Shown one piece after another: positions 23,851 through 32,425 of a stretch of 52,758 nucleotides of DNA (its first letter is position 1; every line of letters begins with the position of its first letter). The stretch is from a virus (Duplodnaviria; Caudoviricetes). The position numbers were made by a program, and so were the translations under genes. The notes below the pieces were generated by a model. It saw nothing but the letters and a program-made list of their open reading frames with translations. It did no database searches and had not been told where the DNA came from. The stretch is from positions 1 to 52,758 of the IMG/VR virus record IMGVR_UViG_3300049165_000014. One strand, given 5' to 3'.

Positions 23851-25668
23851 GTGAAGGAACACCGCTACGTGGTAGCTGGAGAGCAAGTCCGCATCAACGT
23901 CGTTGAGCGGGAGGAAGACCTCGAAGGCTTCCGTGACTTCGTGCGGGCGAACCTTCGCCGCCTGGCTGTGGACACGGAGGGCACGGGGCTGAACATGTAT
24001 GCCCCGTCCTTCCGGGTCAGGCTGATTCAGTTCGGCAACACGCGTGAAGCGTGGGTACTTCCCGTGGAGATAGGTGGGCAGATCCTGGCCGACGCCATCA
24101 AGGCTCTGCGGGTGGTCGACAAGTGGGTCCTGCAGAACGCACCGTGGGACCTTCAGGTATTTGACCGGGTGTTTGGTGTGAAGCTGGAGGAAATGTGGCC
24201 GAAGGTCACTGACACCCAGTTGCTCGCGAAGATCATTGACCCCCGGCCCGCCGAGAAGGGCGGGATCGGTGCATCCCTTGAGGACCTGACCAAGTTTTAC
24301 ATCTCAAAGGAACTGGCAGAGAACGTCAAGGGCCTGATGGGCCGGTTGGCCCGGGAGCACCGGACCACCAAGGAGAAGATCTTCGAGAAGATCGATCTGT
24401 TCCACCCGGACTTCACGCTGTACGCCGGGATGGATGCGATCCTCGCAGCGCGGCTGCTCGACAAGCAGCTCCGCAAGATCCCGAAGGCTTCCAAGCACCT
24501 GATCAAGTACGAACACAAGGTTGCTGAAGTCTGCTCGTACATGTCCCGCACGGGATTCCTCTTGGACGTTGAGTACTCGGAGAAGCTGTCTGCTCAGCTC
24601 TTGGCTGACCAGGAACGCTGGTCCGAGGTGGCTCTTGATTACGGAGTCGAGAACGTCAACTCCATCGACCAGGTTGCACAGGGCCTGCTGTCCATGGGCG
24701 TCAAGCTCAGGGAACGCACGGCCAATGGCAAGTTCAAGGTCGACAAGAAGATCCTGGAACCTCTGATCGAAGCAGAGAACCCGCTGGCTATCGCAGTCAA
24801 GGAGGCGAAGAAGGCAGGGAAGTGGAGGACCACCTGGGTTGACACCTTCCTGTCAACTCGGGATGAGAACGACCGGTGCCACGCATCGATCAACACGTTG
24901 CAGGCACGCACGGGGCGCATGTCCATCACCGGTATTCCGGCACAGACGCTCCCGTCTAGCGACTGGATGATCCGCCGGTGCTTCCTCGCGGACGAGGGGC
25001 ACCTGATCGGCTCGGTCGACTACATGGCGCAGGAGTTGCGTGTGTTAGCCGCATTGAGCGGCGACCCAACCATGACAGCAGCGTTCGCCAAGAACGCGGA
25101 CCTGCACCAGATGACCGCTGACTCTGCGGGCGTGAGCCGCAAGGTTGGCAAGACCACGAACTTCGCCTATGTCTACGGCTCCGGCGCTGGCAACATCGCC
25201 GAGCAGTGTGGCATTCCGGTTGAGGTGGCCAAGAAGGTAATCAAGGGCTTCGAGTCCACGTACCCGATGGTCAAGGCGTACTCGCAGCACCTGCAACAGG
25301 TTGCGCGCGAGCAGGGCTACATCACGACTGCCAATGGACGGATACTCCCGGTCGATCGCGACCGTCCCTATTCGGCCCTGAACTACATGATTCAGTCAAG
25401 CTCTCGTGATGTCACCTGCCGGGGGATCCTCAAGCTGCATGAGGCTGGGTTCACGCCGTACATCCGGCTGCCCATTCATGACGAGGTTCTCGCTTCTCTG
25501 CCTGCACAGAAGGCTGAGTGGGGCGCACTGGAGATTGCGAAGTACTTGGCCGAGGACATGGGCAAGGTCTGGATTGGGACCGAGCCCGAGGTTGGTCTCC
25601 GGTCGTGGGGTTCTTTGTACGTCAAGGAGGAGGACAAGGAGCGCCTCCTCGGAACCGTTGTGATTTGA
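23851..25668 (+). CDS. polA: DNA polymerase, family A (3'-5' exonuclease plus polymerase)
   Basis: VDTEGTGL, TGRMS, DYMAQELR, K..NF..VYG, IHDE. Confidence 0.95.
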   Translation: MKEHRYVVAGEQVRINVVEREEDLEGFRDFVRANLRRLAVDTEGTGLNMYAPSFRVRLIQFGNTREAWVLPVEIGGQILADAIKALRVVDKWVLQNAPWDLQVFDRVFGVKLEEMWPKVTDTQLLAKIIDPRPAEKGGIGASLEDLTKFYISKELAENVKGLMGRLAREHRTTKEKIFEKIDLFHPDFTLYAGMDAILAARLLDKQLRKIPKASKHLIKYEHKVAEVCSYMSRTGFLLDVEYSEKLSAQLLADQERWSEVALDYGVENVNSIDQVAQGLLSMGVKLRERTANGKFKVDKKILEPLIEAENPLAIAVKEAKKAGKWRTTWVDTFLSTRDENDRCHASINTLQARTGRMSITGIPAQTLPSSDWMIRRCFLADEGHLIGSVDYMAQELRVLAALSGDPTMTAAFAKNADLHQMTADSAGVSRKVGKTTNFAYVYGSGAGNIAEQCGIPVEVAKKVIKGFESTYPMVKAYSQHLQQVAREQGYITTANGRILPVDRDRPYSALNYMIQSSSRDVTCRGILKLHEAGFTPYIRLPIHDEVLASLPAQKAEWGALEIAKYLAEDMGKVWIGTEPEVGLRSWGSLYVKEEDKERLLGTVVI

Positions 25669-25676
25669 GAGGAAGC

Positions 25677-26180
25677 ATGTCTAAGTACGTTGAGGGCGAA
25701 GTGCTCGGAACCAACGAGGTTCAGGAGCTGCCCATTGGCTCGGTGGTCCGCGTGGCCAAGCCGGGCAACAGCAATGTCGTCGGCGAGTTCGTCCGAGTCC
25801 GGCGGGCGGACGGTACCTGGATCAAGGCAGAGGACGGACAGCCTGTCGCCTGGGGCACCACGTCCGTGTACATCGTGGTGTTTATCCCGCCGGTGCCTCT
25901 GGTCGAGGACCCGGTGATGAAGCTGGTGGCCGAGATCGAGCATCACATCACGCCTGCTGTGCGGGACGGATCCAACCCGCTGCCGAAGATCGCTGAGTTC
26001 ATCCTCACTGAGTTCGTCCGGAAGGGCGAGCAGCCGTCTGAGGTCATCGATGACGACGGGGATGTCTGGGTGCTGCGCGAGGACGGGCTCTACGACCCGC
26101 CGCAGGACGAGAGCCACCTCAGCCCGAAGAACGTGGACGAGATCCGCCGTGACTACGGCATCAAGAAGGTGATCGTGTGA
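25677..26180 (+). CDS. Hypothetical protein
   Basis: GAGAGG RBS. Confidence 0.8.
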   Translation: MSKYVEGEVLGTNEVQELPIGSVVRVAKPGNSNVVGEFVRVRRADGTWIKAEDGQPVAWGTTSVYIVVFIPPVPLVEDPVMKLVAEIEHHITPAVRDGSNPLPKIAEFILTEFVRKGEQPSEVIDDDGDVWVLREDGLYDPPQDESHLSPKNVDEIRRDYGIKKVIV

Positions 26181-26362
26181 AGTTCATCATCGAGGGAAAG
26201 TTCCGGATCGAATACGAGCCTGACCCTCAGCACTACCCAATCCCGGGCGATGTCGAGGACATGCTTCGAACGGACATTGAGAATGCGCGGGAGTATCCGC
26301 AGGAGATGTTCATTCTAGACGACGATGCGGAGTTCGAGGTTACTGGTCGGGTGGTCGAGTGA
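26177..26362 (+). CDS. Hypothetical protein
   Basis: GTGA overlap. Confidence 0.7.
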   Translation: MKFIIEGKFRIEYEPDPQHYPIPGDVEDMLRTDIENAREYPQEMFILDDDAEFEVTGRVVE

Positions 26363-26610
26363 AGCCGCTTACATACGCCACGCTCTTCGGCCTTGACGAC
26401 GAGGAGAGCCGAGTCGCCTTCGACAAGGTTGTCGACTGGGCTTACGACAACGACATCCAGCTCACCTACAAGGCTGTCAATGAGCGCAACAAGGCCGAGT
26501 ACTTGGTCGGTGACGTTGTCACCCTGAGGTACTTCGACTACGAGTCCGGCTCACCTCGCCGGGAGTTCGTTGGTCTCAAGAGCATCCTCGACTTCGTGGT
26601 GGCGCCATGA
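26359..26610 (+). CDS. Hypothetical protein
   Basis: GTGA overlap. Confidence 0.7.
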   Translation: MKPLTYATLFGLDDEESRVAFDKVVDWAYDNDIQLTYKAVNERNKAEYLVGDVVTLRYFDYESGSPRREFVGLKSILDFVVAP

Positions 26611-26711
26611 TCTCGGCCGGAGAAGTGGTCATCGAGGTCGCACAGATTGTTGCCATCCTGGGCCTAGCGTTCTTCGTCGCTGCCTTCAGGGGGCGCAATG
26701 GCCGCAAGTGA
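26607..26711 (+). CDS. 34-aa TM peptide
   Basis: ATGA overlap; MISAGEVVIEVAQIVAILGLAFFVAAFRGRNGRK. Confidence 0.5.
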   Translation: MISAGEVVIEVAQIVAILGLAFFVAAFRGRNGRK

Positions 26712-26886
26712 TTCGCTCGTCACTCTCAGGGTCGTGAGTCCGTGTGAACACGGGGTCGAGCACCACATCAAGGAGATCATCACTGGTGCGGAGTTCTCCG
26801 TGCCGGAGTGCAGGGATTCCCGGGGTCGACCTCGGTTCCACCAGGCGACCAAGGACAAGTATCCCAACACAGTTAGGCGGAGGTGA
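26698..26886 (+). CDS. Hypothetical protein
   Basis: ORF packed in the operon. Confidence 0.55.
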   Translation: MAASDSLVTLRVVSPCEHGVEHHIKEIITGAEFSVPECRDSRGRPRFHQATKDKYPNTVRRR

Positions 26887-26887
26887 A

Positions 26888-27088
26888 GTGAGCGCTATCG
26901 CGATCATGTCCATCCTGACCACAGTCCTGTTGATCCTGATCCTGGGCGTAGCTGCTCTGTTCCTGATCGCGTTCATCAAGCAGGAGTCGTGGATCAGGAA
27001 CTACCGGCCTGGTGATCCCCGTCCGCTGGACATGAACGGAAAGCCTATCGGGGAACTCCCGCAGGTCGAGGCTGATGTATCGACCTGA
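26888..27088 (+). CDS. Membrane protein
   Basis: GGAGG RBS; long hydrophobic stretch. Confidence 0.7.
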   Translation: MSAIAIMSILTTVLLILILGVAALFLIAFIKQESWIRNYRPGDPRPLDMNGKPIGELPQVEADVST

Positions 27089-27473
27089 TTGGGACCGGTA
27101 CTTCCTCGGTATTGCTGATGCGGTTGCTGCACGCGCTGATTGCGTGCGGCGCCGCGTCGGCGCTGTGGTTGTAAAGGACAGGAGAGTACGTGGAACTGGA
27201 TACAACGGGGCTCCAGCCGGGAAGCCAGGCTGCATCTCGTGCCCTCGCCGAATGGCACAAGTCCCTCCGGGCTCTAGCTACGACACTGGCCCAGGCGTTT
27301 GCGTCGCCATCCATGCCGAGGGAAACGCTCTATTGCACTGCGATCGAGAAGACCTCATCGGAGCCACCCTCTACATAACCACCAACCCGTGCGACGGGTG
27401 TCTGAAACTGATTGAAGCCAGCGGCATTGTCCGTGTCGTCTGGCCGGAGGGTGAGTTGCAGTTTGGCGGCTGA
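27075..27473 (+). CDS. dCMP deaminase
   Basis: RPDWDRYF, VGAVVV, TGYNG, HAE.N, PC..C. Confidence 0.92.
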   Translation: MYRPDWDRYFLGIADAVAARADCVRRRVGAVVVKDRRVRGTGYNGAPAGKPGCISCPRRMAQVPPGSSYDTGPGVCVAIHAEGNALLHCDREDLIGATLYITTNPCDGCLKLIEASGIVRVVWPEGELQFGG

Positions 27474-27592
27474 CAAGCGAGATGAGTGCGGCTGCCACAG
27501 GGAATGCATCGTGCTACCGCATGACTGCGATGTGCCCTGTGTGTGGCCCTCTTGTCTCACACCCGAAGAGGAACAACAACTGATACAGGAAC

Positions 27593-27856
27593 TTGAGGAG
27601 GAGTTTCTTGGAAGAACTGCCGAAGCACCATGAGATCAAGCGGGTCGTGCTGACTCCGAAGATCCCGGATCCGTCGATCACGCTGGAGTATTTCAACCCG
27701 CTGCACTGGGAGGACGGTCCGTCCAGGGACGACATCATCTTCCCTCGGGGACATTGGGAGATGGAGGTCGAGTCCGGACCCAACGAGAAGTACACCAAGC
27801 TCGTCGAGCTGGTCGGTGAGGACAAGGCCCTGGCCGTCTACGAGCTGATGTCATGA
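27593..27856 (+). CDS. Hypothetical protein
   Basis: ORF coupled to the next gene; start uncertain. Confidence 0.55.
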   Translation: MRRSFLEELPKHHEIKRVVLTPKIPDPSITLEYFNPLHWEDGPSRDDIIFPRGHWEMEVESGPNEKYTKLVELVGEDKALAVYELMS

Positions 27857-28194
27857 TCTTCACTGACTTCCTCGGTAACGAGATCAAGGTCGGCGACTTC
27901 GTGGTCTATGCCACGGTCTCCGGTCGTAGCCCGGTGCAGAAGTTCGCTGTCGTCGAGAAGATCGAGGCGATCCCCACTCGCAAGAACGTGGGCACCTACC
28001 GGGAACCAGTCTGGGAACCGGCGACCGCATACAAGGTGGGCGTGAAGGAACTGACCAATGGCCGGGGTTTCACCCGGTGGGACTCGTACTCCTACAAGGA
28101 CGGCGTGCGCGTCGGCAAGCCGGTCCGCACCACCTACCCCAACGTGCTCAACATCGTGAAGGCGGCGCTGCCGCCAGAAGAGGAGACCGAGTGA
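27853..28194 (+). CDS. SH3-like hypothetical protein
   Basis: DFLGNEIKVGDFVVYA. Confidence 0.8.
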   Translation: MIFTDFLGNEIKVGDFVVYATVSGRSPVQKFAVVEKIEAIPTRKNVGTYREPVWEPATAYKVGVKELTNGRGFTRWDSYSYKDGVRVGKPVRTTYPNVLNIVKAALPPEEETE

Positions 28195-28454
28195 ATAAGT
28201 CCATCAGGCTGGTTGTAACAGCCCTGGAGCTGACGTGGGTGAACGAACCGTTCTATGTCCTCCAGGAGATGGAGCGCAAGGCGTACGAACGCCTCGGGAC
28301 CATTCGTCAGGAGTCCGAGCTTCAGTGGTACATCGATGTGCCGCACTTCCTCCCCGGCAAGACCGAGTTCCAGAACATCCCTGGGCTGGTCGAGGAGTAC
28401 CCCAACGCTGTGTTCGTGGTGGAGGTGAAGGTCGAGGATGACGTTCGGGTCTGA
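28191..28454 (+). CDS. Hypothetical protein
   Basis: GTGA overlap, GGAG RBS. Confidence 0.7.
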   Translation: MNKSIRLVVTALELTWVNEPFYVLQEMERKAYERLGTIRQESELQWYIDVPHFLPGKTEFQNIPGLVEEYPNAVFVVEVKVEDDVRV

Positions 28455-28938
28455 TCACTTCGATGTCCGGCGCGTGGACGACAAGCGCTGGGCCACGATC
28501 AACGACCTGAGGTACTCGGGTAGGAGCCAGAACTTCCTGGTTCCCAGTGGGTTCATGACTGACTTCGCTACCGTCCCGCAGTTCTTGCTGTGGCTCATCC
28601 CGAGCACAGGGGCTTGGACCCTGGCAGCAGTGCTGCATGACTGGCTGATCGAGCGCGCGCTTCGAGCGGGGCTCGTGTCGGCACGGGACGTGGACGGCAT
28701 CTTCCGCCGGGTCCTGCGTGAACAGGGCGTGTCGTTCGTCAAGCGCTGGCTGATGTGGACCGGCGTCCGGTGGGGCGCCCTGTTCAACCGACGCCGCCGT
28801 GCAGGCTGGCTGCGGGATCTCCCGCTGGTCGTCATCTGGACGCTGCTGGCTCTGCCGGTAGTGCTGCCTGCCTCGGTAGGGATCGGGATCGGGTACGCCG
28901 TCTACGGGCTACTCAGGCTGCTGACGCTTCTCGCGTAG
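28438..28938 (+). CDS. DUF1353-like membrane-associated protein
   Basis: VPSGFMTDFATVP...AAVLHDWL...DGIFRR...GVRWG. Confidence 0.82.
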   Translation: MTFGSDHFDVRRVDDKRWATINDLRYSGRSQNFLVPSGFMTDFATVPQFLLWLIPSTGAWTLAAVLHDWLIERALRAGLVSARDVDGIFRRVLREQGVSFVKRWLMWTGVRWGALFNRRRRAGWLRDLPLVVIWTLLALPVVLPASVGIGIGYAVYGLLRLLTLLA

Positions 28939-29097
28939 CTGTTCGATCACCTGGTCGATGTCCCACCGGGCGTGACCTCCCTGGGTCACGATCGTGGGCG
29001 TGATCAACCCATCTGCCCGGTACCGCTGGATCGTCCGCATGTGGAGACCCAGGGCATCGGCCAGTTCACCCGTAGTCACCAAGCGCGGACGTGCCAT
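28909..29097 (-). CDS. xis: Excisionase / MerR-type HTH protein
   Basis: TTGELADALGL..RTIQRY...GLITP...T.GGHARW; lies near the integrase; TATGGT -10 six nt before ATG (leaderless). Confidence 0.75.
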   Translation of the reverse strand: MARPRLVTTGELADALGLHMRTIQRYRADGLITPTIVTQGGHARWDIDQVIEQLREKRQQPE

Positions 29098-29236
29098 GTG
29101 CTGACCATAAGCGCTGGTAGGGGGCCATGTCCTACACCCTGTGGCCTGTGCCTACCGTCACGGTCCGTAGATGACCAACACTCGATCTACGCTGATCGGT
29201 GTGGGCCTATGTCGTAGTTCGGGGTACTCTGCCTGC

Positions 29237-29590
29237 GTGACTGATCAGGGATCGGGGGCCTACTACGAAGCTCGGTTGCCGGACGGCTCTGTCGTGTCGG
29301 GCACCGCAGATGACGAAGAGCACGCCAAGGAGCTGATCCTGGCGATGCAGCAGTCGCGGTCGGGGGTGGTGCAGGTCTACACGTGCCAGCACTGCCCCCG
29401 AGGCGTCGCGTACGACGGCAACAGGAACCGCTGGTACCACGCACTAGCCACGGGCCGCCCGGTTGGGTGCCCTGGCCAGAGCACTACCGCCTTCCCTGCG
29501 CCTCCGAAGTCCAGAGACCGCCCACACAGGCGGGGCCTCTGGGCCAACGATGCGGGGCCACGTAACAACACCTGCGGCCCGGACGAATGA
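29237..29590 (+). CDS. Hypothetical protein, possibly leaderless
   Basis: TACTCT -10 at 29225-29230 just before GTG; CQHC motif. Confidence 0.55.
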   Translation: MTDQGSGAYYEARLPDGSVVSGTADDEEHAKELILAMQQSRSGVVQVYTCQHCPRGVAYDGNRNRWYHALATGRPVGCPGQSTTAFPAPPKSRDRPHRRGLWANDAGPRNNTCGPDE

Positions 29591-29621
29591 ACGTCCGGCT
29601 CCCCAACAGAAGAGGATCAAG

Positions 29622-30179
29622 TTGAACCAGCACTACGAGCGCCCGCAAGGCGGCCAGCACCACTACCGGCAGGCTCCTCCTCCCCCTCCTCCCCACTACA
29701 CGCCGCCTCCCACGGCGTACGGCCCTCCTCCTGAGCCCCCGAAGAAGAAGCGCACGGGGCTGAAGGTGTTCGGCGGGATCGTCGGTGGCCTGATCGTTCT
29801 GGGCGCCATCGGGAACGCCACCAATGGCAGCGCCCCTCAGCCCGCTACGACAGCGTCACTGCCCTCTTCGCCGTCAGCTCCTGCCGCACAGTCGCAGCAG
29901 CAGGCACCTGCGGTCGTCGAGGCTCAGGGTCCTGACTTCTCTCAGGGCATCCCGGACGGGCAGTACATCGTCGGGGACGAGGTTGCACCCGGACGGTACA
30001 AGTCTGCTGGAGCGCAGGCAGGCATCTTCGAGCTGTGCTCGATCAGCACCAAGAGGGCTGACGGTGGAGTGATCGACTGGAAGACAGGGAACAAGGGCGA
30101 CCAGGTCCTCATCACTGTGACCAAGGAAGCCGACACCATCGAGATCCACGGATGCGAGCCACTGCAGAAGGTGGGATGA
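29622..30179 (+). CDS. Pro-rich single-TM protein with an extracellular domain
   Basis: AGAGG RBS and TTG; poly-Pro, PKKKR, TM helix, DGQYIVGDEVAPGRYKS. Confidence 0.75.
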   Translation: MNQHYERPQGGQHHYRQAPPPPPPHYTPPPTAYGPPPEPPKKKRTGLKVFGGIVGGLIVLGAIGNATNGSAPQPATTASLPSSPSAPAAQSQQQAPAVVEAQGPDFSQGIPDGQYIVGDEVAPGRYKSAGAQAGIFELCSISTKRADGGVIDWKTGNKGDQVLITVTKEADTIEIHGCEPLQKVG

Positions 30180-30231
30180 GCGGCCACCGGGACCAACCAT
30201 ACTGGCCCCGGTGACCACGGAGAGACTACCG

Positions 30232-30277
30232 GCCCCTCGGCCTTGGGAGAAATCCCAGGGTCGGGGGGTCTTTTTTG
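30232..30277 (+). terminator. Intrinsic terminator between convergent genes
   Basis: CCCTCGGCCTTGGGA-GAAA-TCCCAGGGTCGGGGG followed by a T-run. Confidence 0.85.
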
Positions 30278-30282
30278 CGTTT

Positions 30283-31146
30283 CTAGAGCCTGTCTCCCAG
30301 CGCTGCCTTTCGGTGCGCTGCTTGTGCTCTCTCGTCTGCCGCGCTAGCGGCGTACCTGTTCAGCATCTCCCGAGACTCCCAACCCATCAGGCGCATCAGG
30401 TCGGTCTCTCCGTTGCCGTCGGCCAGCCACCGATGGGCGGCCGTGTGGCGGAGCTGGTGCGGATGGATCCTGCCAAGACCTGCCTGCTTTCCCCGGCGCT
30501 CCAGCATCTGGGCCAATCCTGACGTTGTGAGCCTGCCGTAGCGCGTTAGCCATAGGTCCGGCAGTCCTGACCACGGATGAGTCTTTCGCTCCCGCAGGTA
30601 CCGTCTCACGGCCTCCGCTGTCTTCGCTCCGATCGGAACGATCCTTGGGCGCCGATTCTTCCCCATCACCAGGACGGACAAGGTCCTCATATCCACGTCT
30701 TCGGGCTTCAGCCCGAGCAACTCCGAGGCCCTGAATCCGGTGTCGATGAACATCCGGACGATCGCCTGATCTCTCTTCGCTTCGAAGGTCCTTGCTGAGC
30801 AGGCAGCCAGCAACTTCTTCAGATCCTCGTCCGGGAGGACGGGCACTGGCACCTGCGGCACCTTCGGTGGCTTCAGCTTGTCGAAGGGGTTGGAGTCAAT
30901 GATCTCCTCTTCCTTGAGCCACTTGTAGAACTGCTGCCAGGATCGGTAGTGCTGGCTGACGTACGAGGCACTCACACGTGCCGACAGCTCGGCGAGGATC
31001 TTCTTCAGGTCCCGAGCAGAGGCATCCACCTTGGGCAGCTTGCTGGCTGCCTCGGTGTAGATCTTGATCGTCCTCGGGGACTTGTTCTCTGCCTGCAAGT
31101 GGATCTTCCAGTCAGCAACCGCTTCGCCCACTGAGAGGCTCGTCAT
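30283..31146 (-). CDS. int: Tyrosine integrase (short, XerC-like; alternative start 31167)
   Basis: DTGFRASEL, MGKNRR, HPHQLRHT, MGW, RY catalytic residues. Confidence 0.92.
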   Translation of the reverse strand: MTSLSVGEAVADWKIHLQAENKSPRTIKIYTEAASKLPKVDASARDLKKILAELSARVSASYVSQHYRSWQQFYKWLKEEEIIDSNPFDKLKPPKVPQVPVPVLPDEDLKKLLAACSARTFEAKRDQAIVRMFIDTGFRASELLGLKPEDVDMRTLSVLVMGKNRRPRIVPIGAKTAEAVRRYLRERKTHPWSGLPDLWLTRYGRLTTSGLAQMLERRGKQAGLGRIHPHQLRHTAAHRWLADGNGETDLMRLMGWESREMLNRYAASAADERAQAAHRKAALGDRL

Positions 31147-31184
31147 GGCACTGTTTCCCCAGGTCACAGAGCCAACCGGTGTGT

Positions 31185-31233
31185 ACCGCCTTGTAAGCGG
31201 TAGGTCGTCGGTTCGATCCCGACCATCGGCTCT
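31185..31233 (+). mobile_element. attP core: 3' half of tRNA-Thr(UGU)
   Basis: Anticodon arm ACCGC-CTTGTAA-GCGGT, AGGTC, T-arm GTCGG-TTCGATC-CCGAC, acceptor strand CATCGGC; adjacent to int. Confidence 0.85.
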
Positions 31234-31337
31234 GACCAGGGAATATACCCCCTGGAGGGGGTTGGATCAAGGTCCAACAGCAACCGCTTCGGCGGTCTGC
31301 AAGCCCCTGCGCGGCCCCGTCCGGTAGCTGCTCGGGG

Positions 31338-31361
31338 GCTCTACCACTGAGCTACACCGGC
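31338..31361 (-). other. Isolated tRNA 5' half (acceptor strand plus D-arm), inverted relative to the attP core
   Basis: Minus strand GCCGGTG-TA-GCTC-AGTGGTA-GAGC; GCCGGTG pairs with CATCGGC of the attP half. Confidence 0.8.
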
Positions 31362-31370
31362 CCTAGACGA

Positions 31371-31403
31371 CGAAAGGCCCCCCACCCACGAGGGGCAGGG
31401 GGC
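31371..31403 (-). terminator. Terminator of the late operon
   Basis: Minus strand GCCCCCTGCCC-loop-GGGTGGGGGGC-CTTTCG. Confidence 0.7.
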
Positions 31404-31415
31404 AGGTACGTCAGG

Positions 31416-31718
31416 TCACTCGCTAGCCTCAGGCAGCGGAACCAGGTAGCTGATGCCGGACACGACGAGCAGGGTGACAGCGGAGGCAAGCTCCGGGTCC
31501 AGCTCCGAGCCGAACAGCTTGACGGAGACAGCCGCAACAGCACCAGCAACGATGCCGCTCACGACCTTCCGGTTGGGAAGGTACTTCTTCACAGGCTCTC
31601 CTTCATCTTGAACTGCATCAAACGTGTGGGTGTCTTGAACACCCAGACCTGGCCGGAAGATCCCGTACAACGGGTCCTCCTTAGCCAGGCGGTCTACGAT
31701 TTCCTGAACGCTGGCCAT
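31416..31718 (-). CDS. Holin-like two-TM protein
   Basis: Two hydrophobic helices, PNRKV...YLVP; coupled to the lysin. Confidence 0.7.
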   Translation of the reverse strand: MASVQEIVDRLAKEDPLYGIFRPGLGVQDTHTFDAVQDEGEPVKKYLPNRKVVSGIVAGAVAAVSVKLFGSELDPELASAVTLLVVSGISYLVPLPEASE

Positions 31719-32425
31719 TAGATCCCCAGCTTGGCCCGAGTAGCCGGGCCGACAACTCCATCCGCAGCGAGTCCAGAGCGGCGCTGGAACTCCTTGACGA
31801 CCTTCTCGGTGGCGGGACCGAAGTCCCCATCCACAACGAGATTGGAGTACGAGGGGTAGACCCTGTTCAGGAACAACTGGAGGCGCTCAACCTCCGGGCC
31901 ACGAGAGCCCACCTTCAGAACAGCAGAAGTGGGAGGAGCACTGCTGCTATCGCCACGAAGACGGGCAGCCACCCTGGCAACGGCGGCTTGATCCTTGCAG
32001 ATCTCAAAGTGCATCTCATCCTTGGTGCCGCTGAAGTCACCTCCCCACTTCACGACGTTGTCCACCTCAACCAGGATCTTGCGGATCTCCTTGACCTGGA
32101 TGTAGGAGAACGTGTTCGCCTTCCCGTTCGGGTGGCGAGTAGCGTTGTAGTCGAATGCAGTCCCGGAACTGTGGCAGCTCAGGTTGTTGGCGTTCCTGTT
32201 CCGCCTGTAGCTGTATCCCCAGTCGTCGGCCTGGTGCCAGTCATCACGGACCACGGGCTCCACCCGCAGGTGGAGCTGAGTCGCCACGTACTCCAGAACC
32301 GTGTGCACATCTCCAGCTCGAACCCCGGGGGCAAAGCTCTCCCCGGCAACCACGAGCTTCTCAAGGCCGCCGAAGTCTGCGGCATTCTTACTGGCAAGCC
32401 AGCCGTTGTAGCTGTACTCAGCCAC
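31718..32425 (-). CDS. Endolysin: M15 peptidase plus peptidoglycan-binding domain
   Basis: SYNGW, LSCHSSGTAFDYN, WGGDF...DEMHFE; VDGDFGPATE..VKEFQRR.GL.ADGVVGPAT. Confidence 0.92.
   Translation of the reverse strand: MAEYSYNGWLASKNAADFGGLEKLVVAGESFAPGVRAGDVHTVLEYVATQLHLRVEPVVRDDWHQADDWGYSYRRNRNANNLSCHSSGTAFDYNATRHPNGKANTFSYIQVKEIRKILVEVDNVVKWGGDFSGTKDEMHFEICKDQAAVARVAARLRGDSSSAPPTSAVLKVGSRGPEVERLQLFLNRVYPSYSNLVVDGDFGPATEKVVKEFQRRSGLAADGVVGPATRAKLGI

Noticed and set aside
19026-25668. Inteins or introns in the RNR or DNA polymerase
   Set aside because: Lengths (704 and 605 aa) are typical and no splicing motifs are visible
26359-26610. NrdH-like glutaredoxin
   Set aside because: Size is compatible but there is no CxxC motif
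31185-31233. Complete functional tRNA-Thr gene
   Set aside because: No D-arm on the same strand and no CCA; its position beside int fits an attP core
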